From Patescibacteria group bacterium (lineage in GTDB: Bacteria > Patescibacteriota > Patescibacteriia > Buchananbacterales > UBA6539): a stretch of 64,000 nucleotides of DNA. Position 1 is the first letter of the stretch, and each line of letters starts with the position of its first letter. Under the pieces are notes generated by a model, which was not told where the DNA came from, searched no databases, and saw only the letters and a program-made list of their open reading frames with translations. Position numbers and translations under genes: made by a program. Below, one piece after another: positions 10,304 through 21,835 of the stretch. Location of the stretch: assembly GCA_028688055.1 (NCBI GenBank), contig JAQTYZ010000003.1:66752-130751 (forward strand). Direction: 5' to 3'.

Positions 10304-10944
10304 TTAACAAAGAAGCTTTAGATAAAATTCACCGAAATGTTCCGCCTGATTATTATCAGTCTGGGATCAAGCATAATTATTTACAACGATATTGGCATCA
10401 CCGACGTTTTGCAGTAATTAGTCGTGAATTAAAAAAATTAAATTTAAGCGCTCCCTTGTTGGATTTGGGTTGCCACGGCGGTGACTTAACCAACGTCTTG
10501 AGTCAAGCCGCGCAGGTTGATATTTATGGTATTGATATCTCGGAAAAATCAATTGAATTTGCTAAAAGGCGTTTCCCAAACATCAATTTTAGTGTTCAGG
10601 ACTTTCCCGGTCAAAAGCAATTTACTGATAATTATTTTCAAGCCATCACCGCCTTTGATGTGATGGAGCATATCCCTGATACCCCTAAAGTCCTTGATGA
10701 AATTAAAAGATTGCTAAAACCCGGTGGCTATTTTATTATGGCTATTCCCAATGAAAATTTACTTTTTAAAGTAGTCTGGTTGTTCTGGACGAGCTTTAAA
10801 GGTCAAGTTTGGGAGGGCGTTCATGTCCACGATTTTAAGATGGAAGGCTTTGCGGAATTTGAAAAGCAGGGTTTTGAAAAAATTGTTGAGCTAAAAATTA
10901 TTTTTGGGATGTGGTGGTTTTTAATTTTTCGCGTTAAAAAATAA
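10300..10944 (+). CDS. Class I SAM-dependent methyltransferase
   Basis: LDLGCHGGDLT (motif I), LKPGGYFIM; overlaps upstream stop by 4 nt. Confidence 0.75.
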   Translation: MINKEALDKIHRNVPPDYYQSGIKHNYLQRYWHHRRFAVISRELKKLNLSAPLLDLGCHGGDLTNVLSQAAQVDIYGIDISEKSIEFAKRRFPNINFSVQDFPGQKQFTDNYFQAITAFDVMEHIPDTPKVLDEIKRLLKPGGYFIMAIPNENLLFKVVWLFWTSFKGQVWEGVHVHDFKMEGFAEFEKQGFEKIVELKIIFGMWWFLIFRVKK

Positions 10945-10947
10945 ATA

Positions 10948-12765
10948 ATGAAAACACTTAAAGCTAATAAAAATTTTTTGTTATTCGGTTTGGTTTTTTT
11001 TGTTGCAATGTCGGTCTATATTATGACCTTAGCGCCGTCCATTACCATGGAAGACAGCGGTGAATTAGTGACGGCGGCTTATACACTCGGGATTCCTCAT
11101 CCGTCCGGTTATCCATTGTTTGTCCTCTTAGGCAAGCTATTTACTTTTTTACCATTGGGTACTATTGCTTGGCGAGTTAATTTAATGTCGGCTTGTTTTG
11201 CATCGCTCGCAGTAGCTTTGCTTTATCTAATCCTTGAAAAAACGACAAAAAATAAAATTATTTCCGTTGGTAGCGCATTAATGTTAGCTTTTAGCCCGGT
11301 TTACTGGTCACAGAGCGTAATCACGGAGGTGTATGCTTTAAATATTTTTTTTGTGGCGGTGTTATTGTACCTGTGTTTGTTGTATTGGGAAACGAAGAAT
11401 AAGAAATTGTTGCTCTGGTTTTCTTTTTGGTACGGCCTGAGCTTAACAAATCACTCGATGAATATTTTGTTAGCACCGGCTTTTGCCGCTTTTTTTATAT
11501 ATGCTGATTGGAAAATTCTAAAAAAATTTAAGTTAATAGTGGCCATGCTGGGTCTTTTTGTACTCGGGTTGTCCGTTTATTTTTATATCCCGTGGCGGGC
11601 GTTTCAGTTGCCAATTTTTAATTGGGGTCCGATTACAACTTGGAGCGATGTTTGGAAACATCTTAGTCGAGCGCAGTACAATGATTTTTCACCCCTGAGT
11701 AATGAATATCGCAAAATTGGTTTGGTCATCTCTTTTTTTTATGAGATCTACCAACAATTTCATTTGCCGACGTTGATTTTAGCTTTTGGTGGCGCTATAT
11801 ATTGGTGGTCAAAAAATCGTCCGATCGCGCTTTTAACGTCGGGAATATTTTTATTAAACAGTTTGGGGATTATTTTTTTAAGAAAATTCGGCTGGGGGAT
11901 AAGTGTCGATTTTACTTATCGAGTATATTATTTACCGGCCCTGATGATTGTTATATTTTGGTTTGCCTCTATTGTGGCTTTTGGTTTAGATAAAATAAAA
12001 TTTTACTTTAAAGATCGTCCGAACATTATTAAAACCCTGACAGTTGTCATTTATATCTTAATCATTTCTTTACCAGCTAGTTTTGTCCTGGCCAATTATC
12101 AGCGTGAAGATATGAGCAGCTTTTGGCTTAATTATGATTATACTAGAAATCTGCTCAATAGTTTGGAGCCAAATAGCATTTATTATTTTGCCTACGATGG
12201 TAGTTTGCAGGGCGATACGGAGTTATTTAGTCTGATCTATTTTAAAGATGTTGAAGGATTAAGACCAGACGTCAGCATCGTGACGGAGCAGCAATTTTTT
12301 TATCTTGATTTATATTTAGCGTTGCCGGCTGATTATTATCAATTAAGTTTTGAAGATCGGCGAAAAGTATTGATGAGTCTACTGACTAAGATAAAAAATC
12401 GTCCCCTCTATGCTAATTACGCCTTAACCTCAACTAACAATAACGAGCACCTTTATAGTTTATCCAACGGTTATGCCTATAAAGTCTTTTCCAATATTGC
12501 TGAGGCGAGAAAATCGAAAGTTGGTTTATTTTTAGCGCCAATCAGAGGGCTCGATGAAATGGCCGAGCAGGGTGATAATACCGTTTTAGGATTTATATCG
12601 CATTACTATTATAATTTGAGCGCGTACTACTTGACTTCCGGATCGACCGCTCAATACCAAAAATATTTAATGAAAGCTTTTAATCTTGATAACGCGCCAT
12701 TTAATCATGAGTATCGACGGTTTCTTGATTATCGCGCCGAGTGGCTTCGTAATGATGGTGGGTAA
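10948..12765 (+). CDS. DUF2723 (TMEM260-like) polytopic membrane protein, putative GT-C glycosyltransferase
   Basis: N-terminal MEDSGELVTAAYTLGIPHPSGYPLF signature of DUF2723; about 12 TM helices. Confidence 0.6.
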   Translation: MKTLKANKNFLLFGLVFFVAMSVYIMTLAPSITMEDSGELVTAAYTLGIPHPSGYPLFVLLGKLFTFLPLGTIAWRVNLMSACFASLAVALLYLILEKTTKNKIISVGSALMLAFSPVYWSQSVITEVYALNIFFVAVLLYLCLLYWETKNKKLLLWFSFWYGLSLTNHSMNILLAPAFAAFFIYADWKILKKFKLIVAMLGLFVLGLSVYFYIPWRAFQLPIFNWGPITTWSDVWKHLSRAQYNDFSPLSNEYRKIGLVISFFYEIYQQFHLPTLILAFGGAIYWWSKNRPIALLTSGIFLLNSLGIIFLRKFGWGISVDFTYRVYYLPALMIVIFWFASIVAFGLDKIKFYFKDRPNIIKTLTVVIYILIISLPASFVLANYQREDMSSFWLNYDYTRNLLNSLEPNSIYYFAYDGSLQGDTELFSLIYFKDVEGLRPDVSIVTEQQFFYLDLYLALPADYYQLSFEDRRKVLMSLLTKIKNRPLYANYALTSTNNNEHLYSLSNGYAYKVFSNIAEARKSKVGLFLAPIRGLDEMAEQGDNTVLGFISHYYYNLSAYYLTSGSTAQYQKYLMKAFNLDNAPFNHEYRRFLDYRAEWLRNDGG

Positions 12766-12785
12766 TTGTTAGGTGATTAAGTTTG

Positions 12786-12794
12786 TGGTATAAT
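12786..12794 (+). promoter_or_regulatory. Extended -10 promoter TGGTATAAT for major pilin gene 2
   Basis: Same promoter and 5' UTR block as at 7442. Confidence 0.55.
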
Positions 12795-12842
12795 AAATTT
12801 ATAATTTTTTTGGATTACAACCAAACGAAAGGGGGTGAGACA

Positions 12843-13307
12843 ATGAGAAAGAAAGGTTTTACACTTATCGAACTGTTAGTGGTAATTGCCATCATCGGTC
12901 TATTATCGACCTTGGCAGTTGTCGCTTTGAATTCCGCCCGATTGAAGGCGAGAGATGCTAAGCGCGTAGCTGATATTAAACAGGTTCAGACAGCGTTGGA
13001 GCTTTATTTTAATGACAATAACAGTTATCCGATTATGGGTGGGGCGCCGATTGTGTTAGGGTCAGGTGCCACCTGTTTAGGTGACGGTGGTTTTGGCACT
13101 AGTTGTTCGGCGCCAGTCTATATGGGTTTATTGCCAACCAACCCAACGCCAAATGGTGCTGATTATTCTTATACTTCTGTTTCAGAGGGTGGCGGTGATT
13201 GTGGCTCGGAGCCTTGCTCAACATATGCCATTACCTTTACACTTGAAGGAACTACGGGTGGCTTAGGTTCAGGCGCTCACACGGCCTCACAGGATGGTTT
13301 ACAGTAA
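12843..13307 (+). CDS. Major type IV pilin, copy 2 (true start at internal ATG 12843, not the 12783 ORF start)
   Basis: Identical 5' UTR/RBS and first ~55 codons as pilin 1; divergent middle; conserved C-terminus [24 protein letters not shown]. Confidence 0.8.
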   Translation: MRKKGFTLIELLVVIAIIGLLSTLAVVALNSARLKARDAKRVADIKQVQTALELYFNDNNSYPIMGGAPIVLGSGATCLGDGGFGTSCSAPVYMGLLPTNPTPNGADYSYTSVSEGGGDCGSEPCSTYAITFTLEGTTGGLGSGAHTASQDGLQ

Positions 13308-13327
13308 AAATCAGTTCGGAATTTTAG

Positions 13328-13357
13328 ATCCCGCCCAATAATTTGGGCGGGATTTTT
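13328..13357 (+). terminator. Rho-independent terminator
   Basis: ATCCCGCCCAATAATTTGGGCGGGATTTTT. Confidence 0.6.
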
Positions 13358-13407
13358 AGACTCCAAAAATGTTTGCCTATTTTGCTTAATCAAGGTAAAA
13401 TTAAGGT

Positions 13408-14157
13408 ATGTTTGAACTATTTATTTTTATTTTTGGCCTGGTAATTGGTAGTTTTTTGAACGTTGTTATTTTGCGGTTAGAAAAAGCGGAATCATTTATG
13501 AGTGGTCGTTCGCGCTGTCCAAACTGTAAACATAATTTAGCTTGGTATGACAATATTCCGCTATTGAGTTTTATTTTCTTGCGCGCTAATTGTCGTTATT
13601 GCCACACAAAAATTTCTTGGCAATACCCAATCGTTGAGTTAGCAACGGCTGTGTTGTTTAGTCTATTATATTATAAATTTGATTTTACTGACCATTTTTT
13701 TTCTTTTTTACTCTTAACCTGTTTTTTGATAATTATCTTTGTCTACGATCTAAAATATTATTTAATTCCAGACGTTGTCTCAATACCAGCAATTATTGTT
13801 GCTCTGCTTCTGAATATTTTTTTACACCTTAGTTTGACCAGCGTCATCCTGGGCGCCATTGTCGGCGGGTTGTTTTTTGCTCTTCAATATTGGGTTTCCC
13901 GGGGAGTTTGGGTTGGTGATGGCGATATTCGTTTAGGTATTTTAATGGGTTTAATTTTGGGCTTTAAAATTTTGTTGGTGGCGCTTTTTTTGGCGTACTT
14001 GGTTGGTGCGATGGTGGGAGTAAGTCTGTTGCTAGTCAAAAAAAAGCAGCTGTCATCAGCGCTTCCCTTTGGACCGTTTTTAACCTTAGCGACTTTTGTG
14101 GCGATGATTTGGGGCGAAAAAATTTTATTTTGGTACTTAAATTTAGTTTACTACTAA
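13408..14157 (+). CDS. pilD: Prepilin peptidase PilD (A24 family)
   Basis: LIGSFLNVVILRL, CPNC...CRYC zinc motif, polytopic, DGDIRLG Asp box. Confidence 0.85.
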   Translation: MFELFIFIFGLVIGSFLNVVILRLEKAESFMSGRSRCPNCKHNLAWYDNIPLLSFIFLRANCRYCHTKISWQYPIVELATAVLFSLLYYKFDFTDHFFSFLLLTCFLIIIFVYDLKYYLIPDVVSIPAIIVALLLNIFLHLSLTSVILGAIVGGLFFALQYWVSRGVWVGDGDIRLGILMGLILGFKILLVALFLAYLVGAMVGVSLLLVKKKQLSSALPFGPFLTLATFVAMIWGEKILFWYLNLVYY

Positions 14158-14158
14158 T

Positions 14159-14755
14159 GTGGTAAAGCAGAGATTAAAATTTTTTTTAAATCGGCGGGGC
14201 TTTACCTTAATTGATTTATTGGTCGCCGCGACGGTTGTAATTATTATGCTAAGTTTTGGTTTAGCGCGGTTTAGAACCGGTCAGTTTAGCAATGAACTTG
14301 ATGTTTCCACTAAGCAATTGTCTGATGGTGTCAGTACGGTTCGCAATTATAATTTAGCCGGTCGGACATTAGTGAATAGTAGCTTACCTGATGGTGGCTA
14401 TGGTGTTAGGTTTGATTTAGCTAGCCCAGATAAATTTAAGTTATTCGCCGTGGTCAATGCGGCAGCGGAAATTTTACCCAAGGGAACATCAACTCTCAGT
14501 GGTGTCGACTTGAAAAGTTTTTGTGGTTTAAATAAGGCGACGGTTACCACGCTGCCATGCCAAGGTGCTAGTTGGAATAATATTGGTAATTATTTAGAAA
14601 TAATTTTTACCCCGCCGGGAAAAATTTTAGCTAATTTTAGTGATACTGGCACTTATCAGTATGTTGGTGGTGTGATTGAACATCAGCGCACTGGCCAAAA
14701 GGCCTACTTTTATATTTCTTTGACCTCCGGTCTGATAACCCAGGGTTTATTATGA
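14159..14755 (+). CDS. Minor pilin/pseudopilin (GTG start)
   Basis: RRGFTLIDLLVAATVVIIML prepilin N-terminus. Confidence 0.6.
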   Translation: MVKQRLKFFLNRRGFTLIDLLVAATVVIIMLSFGLARFRTGQFSNELDVSTKQLSDGVSTVRNYNLAGRTLVNSSLPDGGYGVRFDLASPDKFKLFAVVNAAAEILPKGTSTLSGVDLKSFCGLNKATVTTLPCQGASWNNIGNYLEIIFTPPGKILANFSDTGTYQYVGGVIEHQRTGQKAYFYISLTSGLITQGLL

Positions 14756-15324
14756 AATATTTTAATCGAAATAATTCCGGCCAAAGTTTAGTTGAAACAG
14801 TTTTTGCTATTGGTATTTTGATGATGGTCGTTAGTGCTATTTTGGCCTTAGCTGCCGCCAACACTTTGGGCCAAAAAGAGAGTGAATTTCAAATTGTGGC
14901 TAATAATTTAGCTCGTGAAAATATTGAAGTGGTCAGAAATATTCGCGATTCAAATTGGTTGACTGGTGGTAAAAAAGCTTGGGATGATGGCTTAACTGAT
15001 GCCTTGGGCGGCAATCAAGCGATCGCTTTATTTGATCCGGCCAGTAATAGTTGGTCACTTAATTTTAATTATCTCGATGATGCCTTATATAATTCACCGG
15101 ATGGTACTTATAGTCATGATGCGACCAAAAAACAATCAATTTATCATCGGCACTTGATTTTGGATAATATTTGTCGGGATGCTAACGGCCAGGAATTAAT
15201 AAAATTTCCCTGTGGCAGCGGCGAAGACAAGGTCGGAATTAAGATAATGTCAACGGTACAATGGAATGAGCGTGGGCGAGATCGCAAGGTGACAATTGAT
15301 GATTTAATTTATGAGTGGAAATAA
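14752..15324 (+). CDS. Minor pilin-like protein
   Basis: N-terminal SGQSLVETVFAIGILMMVV (Gly then Glu at +5, hydrophobic helix). Confidence 0.5.
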   Translation: MKYFNRNNSGQSLVETVFAIGILMMVVSAILALAAANTLGQKESEFQIVANNLARENIEVVRNIRDSNWLTGGKKAWDDGLTDALGGNQAIALFDPASNSWSLNFNYLDDALYNSPDGTYSHDATKKQSIYHRHLILDNICRDANGQELIKFPCGSGEDKVGIKIMSTVQWNERGRDRKVTIDDLIYEWK

Positions 15325-16030
15325 AAAATCACAAGCTGGTTTTACGTTAGTTGAGATAATTGTTGTCCTCGGAATTTTTTCAGTTTTGGTCGTGGTAATT
15401 TTAAATGTTTTTATTTTAGCTTTGCGCTCACAGCGTCAGGCAGCCTTCAGGCAACAAACGCTTTCAAATTTACGTTATATTGTTGAGACTATTGCCAAGC
15501 AGGTTAGAACATCAGAAATTGATTATTCGTATCCATATGATAAAGATGGCGATAATGGTATTGTCGGCGCCGAGTCCGAACTTTATCTCAAGGATAGCGA
15601 TGGCAACAGTTCAGCTTACTATTTGAAAAATGGTGAATTATATTTGACATCGAATGGTCAAGATTCTCCGCTAACCAATATTAATGATATAAAAATTGTA
15701 ACTTTGAGTTTTTTTATTGCGCCCTCAACTAACCCCTTTACCGAAGAAAGGTGTAACGCGGCGGTAACGCCGAATGGCTGTCAGCCGACGATCAGTTGTA
15801 CGGTCGATGATTCCAGTAACGTGACATTTAAAACTGGCTTTTGCCTTTGTACTCAAAATCAGGATTGTGCGACAAACAATTGTGATACCACCGATCGGGT
15901 TTGCTTACCACCCGATGTCCAACCGAGGGTAACGCTGGTGCTAGGCTTTGAAAGTGCGCAGTTGAGGCCGGAGGATATCAAGCGAATATATTTACAGACA
16001 ACAGCGACCAGCCGTATCTATAAGCGATAA
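15311..16030 (+). CDS. Minor pilin (prepilin-type N-terminal domain)
   Basis: AGFTLVEIIVVLGIFSVLVVV; Cys-rich C-terminal domain. Confidence 0.6.
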   Translation: MSGNKKSQAGFTLVEIIVVLGIFSVLVVVILNVFILALRSQRQAAFRQQTLSNLRYIVETIAKQVRTSEIDYSYPYDKDGDNGIVGAESELYLKDSDGNSSAYYLKNGELYLTSNGQDSPLTNINDIKIVTLSFFIAPSTNPFTEERCNAAVTPNGCQPTISCTVDDSSNVTFKTGFCLCTQNQDCATNNCDTTDRVCLPPDVQPRVTLVLGFESAQLRPEDIKRIYLQTTATSRIYKR

Positions 16031-16032
16031 CT

Positions 16033-16977
16033 ATGCATCAAGCGAATAAACAATCTGGCATCGTTTTAATTCTAGCGGTTTTAATTATTGGCGCGGTTTT
16101 AGTGACGGCTGTTGTTTTTAGTAATCTAGTTATTTCGCAAATTCAGCAATCGCGTCTGATTGATCAATCAATTGCCTCCTATTATTTAGCGGAAAGCGGT
16201 GCTGAACGCGCGCTCTATCAAACGAGGCGATTACAAGCTGTTAAATCGGCTGATTGTTCAAAAATTGTTAGCGGTTCGACTTGTCAAAACAGTGGGAATA
16301 ATTATGGTTTTTGTTCTTTGACTAATGATAAAATTGCTTGCATTACCGATAATCAAGGCGCTTTAGCCGTCGGTGGCGGTTGGAATATTATTGTTAATAA
16401 TGAAAAAGATTCAACGGTAAATTTAAATGTTGGTGATTCATTCCAGTTGGATTTATTCAGCCCCTATCAGGGTGGTGATTTTCAAACCAATGTTCAATCT
16501 TTTTTGGTTACTAGTACTATTACCGGTGGGGCTAAGCTTTACGCGGAACTTACTAATTTAACTTGGTTGGTTGGCGGAACGATTAATTGTCCGCTTGATA
16601 CGTTTGTGCCAGCGCGTCCGGCCATCAGCAAGGGTCAGATCAATTTGGATTCTCAAACTGGATATTCATCAACGGGCTATTTAACCAAACTGGCCAATGA
16701 TCCCGAAATTAATCCAAACTGTTCTTATGTCTTGCGCTTAAGTAATGTTTTGGACGGAGCTGAACCGGGTCAATTTACGGTTAGTATTTATAATAAAGCG
16801 ATTGATGTTGATCCGACGACTGATAAGTTAGAAATACCGAGCCGGTTAGTTATTGATTCCCAAGCAACGGTTGGCCGTTCCCAACAAAGTGTCAGAATAA
16901 AATCGCCGATTAGGCCGCCCCTTTCCGGGCTATATGATTTTGTCCTTTTTTCAGAGCAGGAAGTTGTTAAGAATTAA
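16033..16977 (+). CDS. Pilus-associated hypothetical protein (PilX-like N-terminal hydrophobic segment)
   Basis: N-terminal SGIVLILAVLIIGAVLV TM segment; last gene of the pilin cluster. Confidence 0.4.
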   Translation: MHQANKQSGIVLILAVLIIGAVLVTAVVFSNLVISQIQQSRLIDQSIASYYLAESGAERALYQTRRLQAVKSADCSKIVSGSTCQNSGNNYGFCSLTNDKIACITDNQGALAVGGGWNIIVNNEKDSTVNLNVGDSFQLDLFSPYQGGDFQTNVQSFLVTSTITGGAKLYAELTNLTWLVGGTINCPLDTFVPARPAISKGQINLDSQTGYSSTGYLTKLANDPEINPNCSYVLRLSNVLDGAEPGQFTVSIYNKAIDVDPTTDKLEIPSRLVIDSQATVGRSQQSVRIKSPIRPPLSGLYDFVLFSEQEVVKN

Positions 16978-19011
<2,034 letters not shown>

Positions 19012-19021
19012 GAAAAGAGGT

Positions 19022-19140
19022 GGCGGCAACCCATGGATAGACGTCTGGAGATCTACCACTGTCGGGTTGCCGCCAAGTGCGTCGCAACTGGTTTTAGCTG
19101 GGGGACTAGCACCAGCTGCGGAGACGGGGCAAAGGGCAAT
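19022..19140 (+). ncRNA. Candidate structured RNA / long GC-rich hairpin in the ligA-gatC intergenic region
   Basis: GGCGGCAACCC...GGGTTGCCGCC 11-bp stem around a 29-nt loop with AGACGTCT and AGATCT palindromes; further GC-rich pairing downstream; no T-run, so not a simple terminator. Confidence 0.3.
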
Positions 19141-19228
19141 GAATTTGTTGATATTATCAGATGTACTGTGGCTTGTCAAACTCAACGATTACGGATATAC
19201 TATTAAGGTAAAATTTTAAATCATTTTT

Positions 19229-19519
19229 ATGGCTTTAACAAAAAGTGAAGTTGAGCATATTGCTAAATTGGCAAGATTGGGCTTGACGGAAGAAGAAAAA
19301 ACTAAATTTGCCTCGCAGCTCTCGTCAATTTTAAATTACGTCGAACAACTTGGTTCCGTTGATACTGATGGGATTGAGCCAACGGCTCAGGTGACTGGCT
19401 TGGAAAATATCTATCGGTTAGACCAAATCGAAGATTGCGACTCTCAAACGCAACAGAAATTAATTGCCTCAGCCCCGGCAAGTGAAGACAATTTAATTAA
19501 GACCAAATCAGTTTTTTAG
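19229..19519 (+). CDS. gatC: Glu/Asp-tRNA amidotransferase subunit C
   Basis: 96 aa; LTKSEVEHIAKLARLGLTEEE typical GatC N-terminus; followed directly by gatA. Confidence 0.85.
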   Translation: MALTKSEVEHIAKLARLGLTEEEKTKFASQLSSILNYVEQLGSVDTDGIEPTAQVTGLENIYRLDQIEDCDSQTQQKLIASAPASEDNLIKTKSVF

Positions 19520-19522
19520 CCT

Positions 19523-20989
19523 ATGAAATTAAATCAATTAACAATTGCTCAAGCTCATGATGGGCTTAAGGCAAAAAAGTTTTCGGCGACCGAATTAGCT
19601 AAAGATTGTTTTGCCCAGATAAAAAAAACTGATCAGGAGCTAGAAGCTTTTATTACCTTAACCGAAGAGCAGGCAATGGCCAGGGCGGAGGCCATTGATA
19701 AAGTTGGTGATTTTTCCAAGCCATTAACGGGAATTCCACTGGCGGTTAAAGATATTTTTTGTACCAATGGCGTTCGAACGACAGTCGGTTCAAGAATTTT
19801 AGAAAATTATGTGCCGCCATTTTCGGCGTCGGTTATTGAACGTCTTGAACAACAAGGTAGTGTGATGTTAGGCAAGGTTAATATGGATGAGTTTGCCTGT
19901 GGGTCGTCAACTGAAACCTCATTTTATGCCAAGACAAAAAATCCCTGGGACACCCAAAGGGTTCCCGGCGGTAGCTCCGGCGGTTCCGCCGCCGCGGTAT
20001 CGTCCAACCAGAGCCTGTACGCGCTTGGCACCGATACTGGCGGATCAATTCGTCAGCCGGCATCGTTGTGTGGCCTGGTTGGTTTAAAACCGACTTATGG
20101 TCGTGTCTCGCGCTATGGCGTCGTCGCTATGGCGTCGTCGCTGGATCAGGTTGGCCCAATGACCAAAACCGTTGAAGATGCCGCGCTGGTTTTAGAAGCC
20201 ATCGCCGGCGTTGATCCAAAAGATGCGACGACAGTAAATCTACCGGTTCGTGAATATGCCAAGGAAATTAAGCAGGATATTAAGGGTTTAAAAATTGGCG
20301 TACCAAAAGAATATTTTATTGACGGTATGGATAAAGAAGTTGAGGCATCGGTTAGAGAAGCCATTAATAAATTCAAGGATTTGGGCGCCGAAATTGTTGA
20401 TGTTAGTTTGCCACATTCAATGTCCGGCCTGGCCGTTTATTATATTTTAATGCCTTCGGAATTGAGTTCAAACTTAGCTAAATTCGACGGCGTTCGATTT
20501 GGCCATTCAGCTAAAGCGGATAATTTACTAGAAAATTACCTGCAGACCAGAGCCGAAGGCTTTGGGCCAGAAATCAGGCGGCGAATTATGTTGGGAACTT
20601 ATTCGTTGTCGTCAGGCTATTATGATGCGTATTATTTAAAAGCGCAGAAAGTTAGAACGTTAGTCAGGCGCGATTTTGATCAAGCGTTTGAACAAGTTGA
20701 TTGTATTATGACGCCGACTTCGCCAACAGTGGCTTTTAAATTCGGTGAAAAAGTTGATGACCCATTAACAATGTATCTGAGTGATATTTTTACCGTTTCC
20801 GTAAATATTGCCGGGTTGCCGGGGATTTCTGTTCCTTGTGGTATGGTTAAACCCTCCAACGGTGAGACGCTTATGCCGGTTGGACTTCAATTGATCGGTA
20901 AAGCTTTTGATGAATCAACAATGATGCGCCTGGCGTATAATTATGAGCAGGCCACTGATTGGCACAAACTTAAGCCAGCAATTGCTTAA
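19523..20989 (+). CDS. gatA: Glu/Asp-tRNA amidotransferase subunit A (amidase signature enzyme)
   Basis: GGSSGGSAAAV amidase signature, Ser-cisSer-Lys triad context, 488 aa. Confidence 0.95.
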   Translation: MKLNQLTIAQAHDGLKAKKFSATELAKDCFAQIKKTDQELEAFITLTEEQAMARAEAIDKVGDFSKPLTGIPLAVKDIFCTNGVRTTVGSRILENYVPPFSASVIERLEQQGSVMLGKVNMDEFACGSSTETSFYAKTKNPWDTQRVPGGSSGGSAAAVSSNQSLYALGTDTGGSIRQPASLCGLVGLKPTYGRVSRYGVVAMASSLDQVGPMTKTVEDAALVLEAIAGVDPKDATTVNLPVREYAKEIKQDIKGLKIGVPKEYFIDGMDKEVEASVREAINKFKDLGAEIVDVSLPHSMSGLAVYYILMPSELSSNLAKFDGVRFGHSAKADNLLENYLQTRAEGFGPEIRRRIMLGTYSLSSGYYDAYYLKAQKVRTLVRRDFDQAFEQVDCIMTPTSPTVAFKFGEKVDDPLTMYLSDIFTVSVNIAGLPGISVPCGMVKPSNGETLMPVGLQLIGKAFDESTMMRLAYNYEQATDWHKLKPAIA

Positions 20990-21042
20990 GCCTAGTTTTT
21001 TTGCTAAAATAGTTAAATAAGTAAGATAATTAATTTAACCTT

Positions 21043-21789
21043 ATGTCCGAAAAAAGTTTTTTTGACATGAGCGGCAAGCAGGGGATGCTATTTGGTCTAG
21101 TCTCTGGTGTCGCGATTGTCAGCGTTATTGGTTTTGGTATTTTATTAGCAAACGGTCAGGGTGGTTTTAGTCTTGGCAGTAAGAATGCGCCTGGCGCTAA
21201 TGCCAATGTCGCCGCGGCGCCGACCCCAACGCCCACGCCGACCCCAACGCCGTCAGCCGGTGATGATTTTTCAAAGGTGCCTAAGGTTACTGCCAGTGAT
21301 CATGTTCGTGGTGATAATAATGCGGCGGTAACTTTGATCGAATATTCAGATTATCAGTGCCCTTATTGTAGTCAGTTAGAGCCAACAATGGAAAAAATCT
21401 TGGCTGATTATAAAGGTAAAGTTAGGATTGTTTATCGAAATTTTCCATTAACAACCATTCATCCTTATGCCCAAGGTGCGGCCGAAGCCTCCGAGTGTGC
21501 GGCCGAGCAAGGAAAATTTTGGGAAATGCATGATCAATTATTCAGTAATCAAACCGCTTTAGACGAAACCAGTCTAAAGAGTTATGCTGCTAAAATTGGT
21601 TTGAACACCTCGCAGTTTGATAGTTGTTTGACGTCACATAAGTATGCTAGTCAAATAAGTCAAAGCGCTTCTGACGCTCAGGCTTCTGGTATTACCGGCA
21701 CGCCTGGAGTTTGGGTTGGCAACCAATTAATTAAGGGTGCTTATCCTTATGACACTTTTAAACAGTTGATTGACAGCTTGCTAAAGTAA
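21043..21789 (+). CDS. DsbA-family thiol:disulfide oxidoreductase with N-terminal TM anchor and (PT)n linker
   Basis: CPYC active site, thioredoxin fold, PTPTPTPTPTPS linker. Confidence 0.8.
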   Translation: MSEKSFFDMSGKQGMLFGLVSGVAIVSVIGFGILLANGQGGFSLGSKNAPGANANVAAAPTPTPTPTPTPSAGDDFSKVPKVTASDHVRGDNNAAVTLIEYSDYQCPYCSQLEPTMEKILADYKGKVRIVYRNFPLTTIHPYAQGAAEASECAAEQGKFWEMHDQLFSNQTALDETSLKSYAAKIGLNTSQFDSCLTSHKYASQISQSASDAQASGITGTPGVWVGNQLIKGAYPYDTFKQLIDSLLK

Positions 21790-21802
21790 AAATAATCAAT
21801 AA

Positions 21803-21829
21803 AAATCCCCCGGCAACGGGGGATTTTTT
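21803..21829 (+). terminator. Rho-independent terminator
   Basis: AAAAATCCCCCGGCAACGGGGGATTTTTT. Confidence 0.65.
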
Positions 21830-21835
21830 GGTGTC

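Noticed and set aside
20100-20150. Tandem DNA repeat CTATGGCGTCGTCG x2 inside gatA
   Set aside because: It encodes the conserved GatA peptide RYGVVAMASSLDQ in a continuous frame. The repeat is a coincidence of codon choice, not an insertion.
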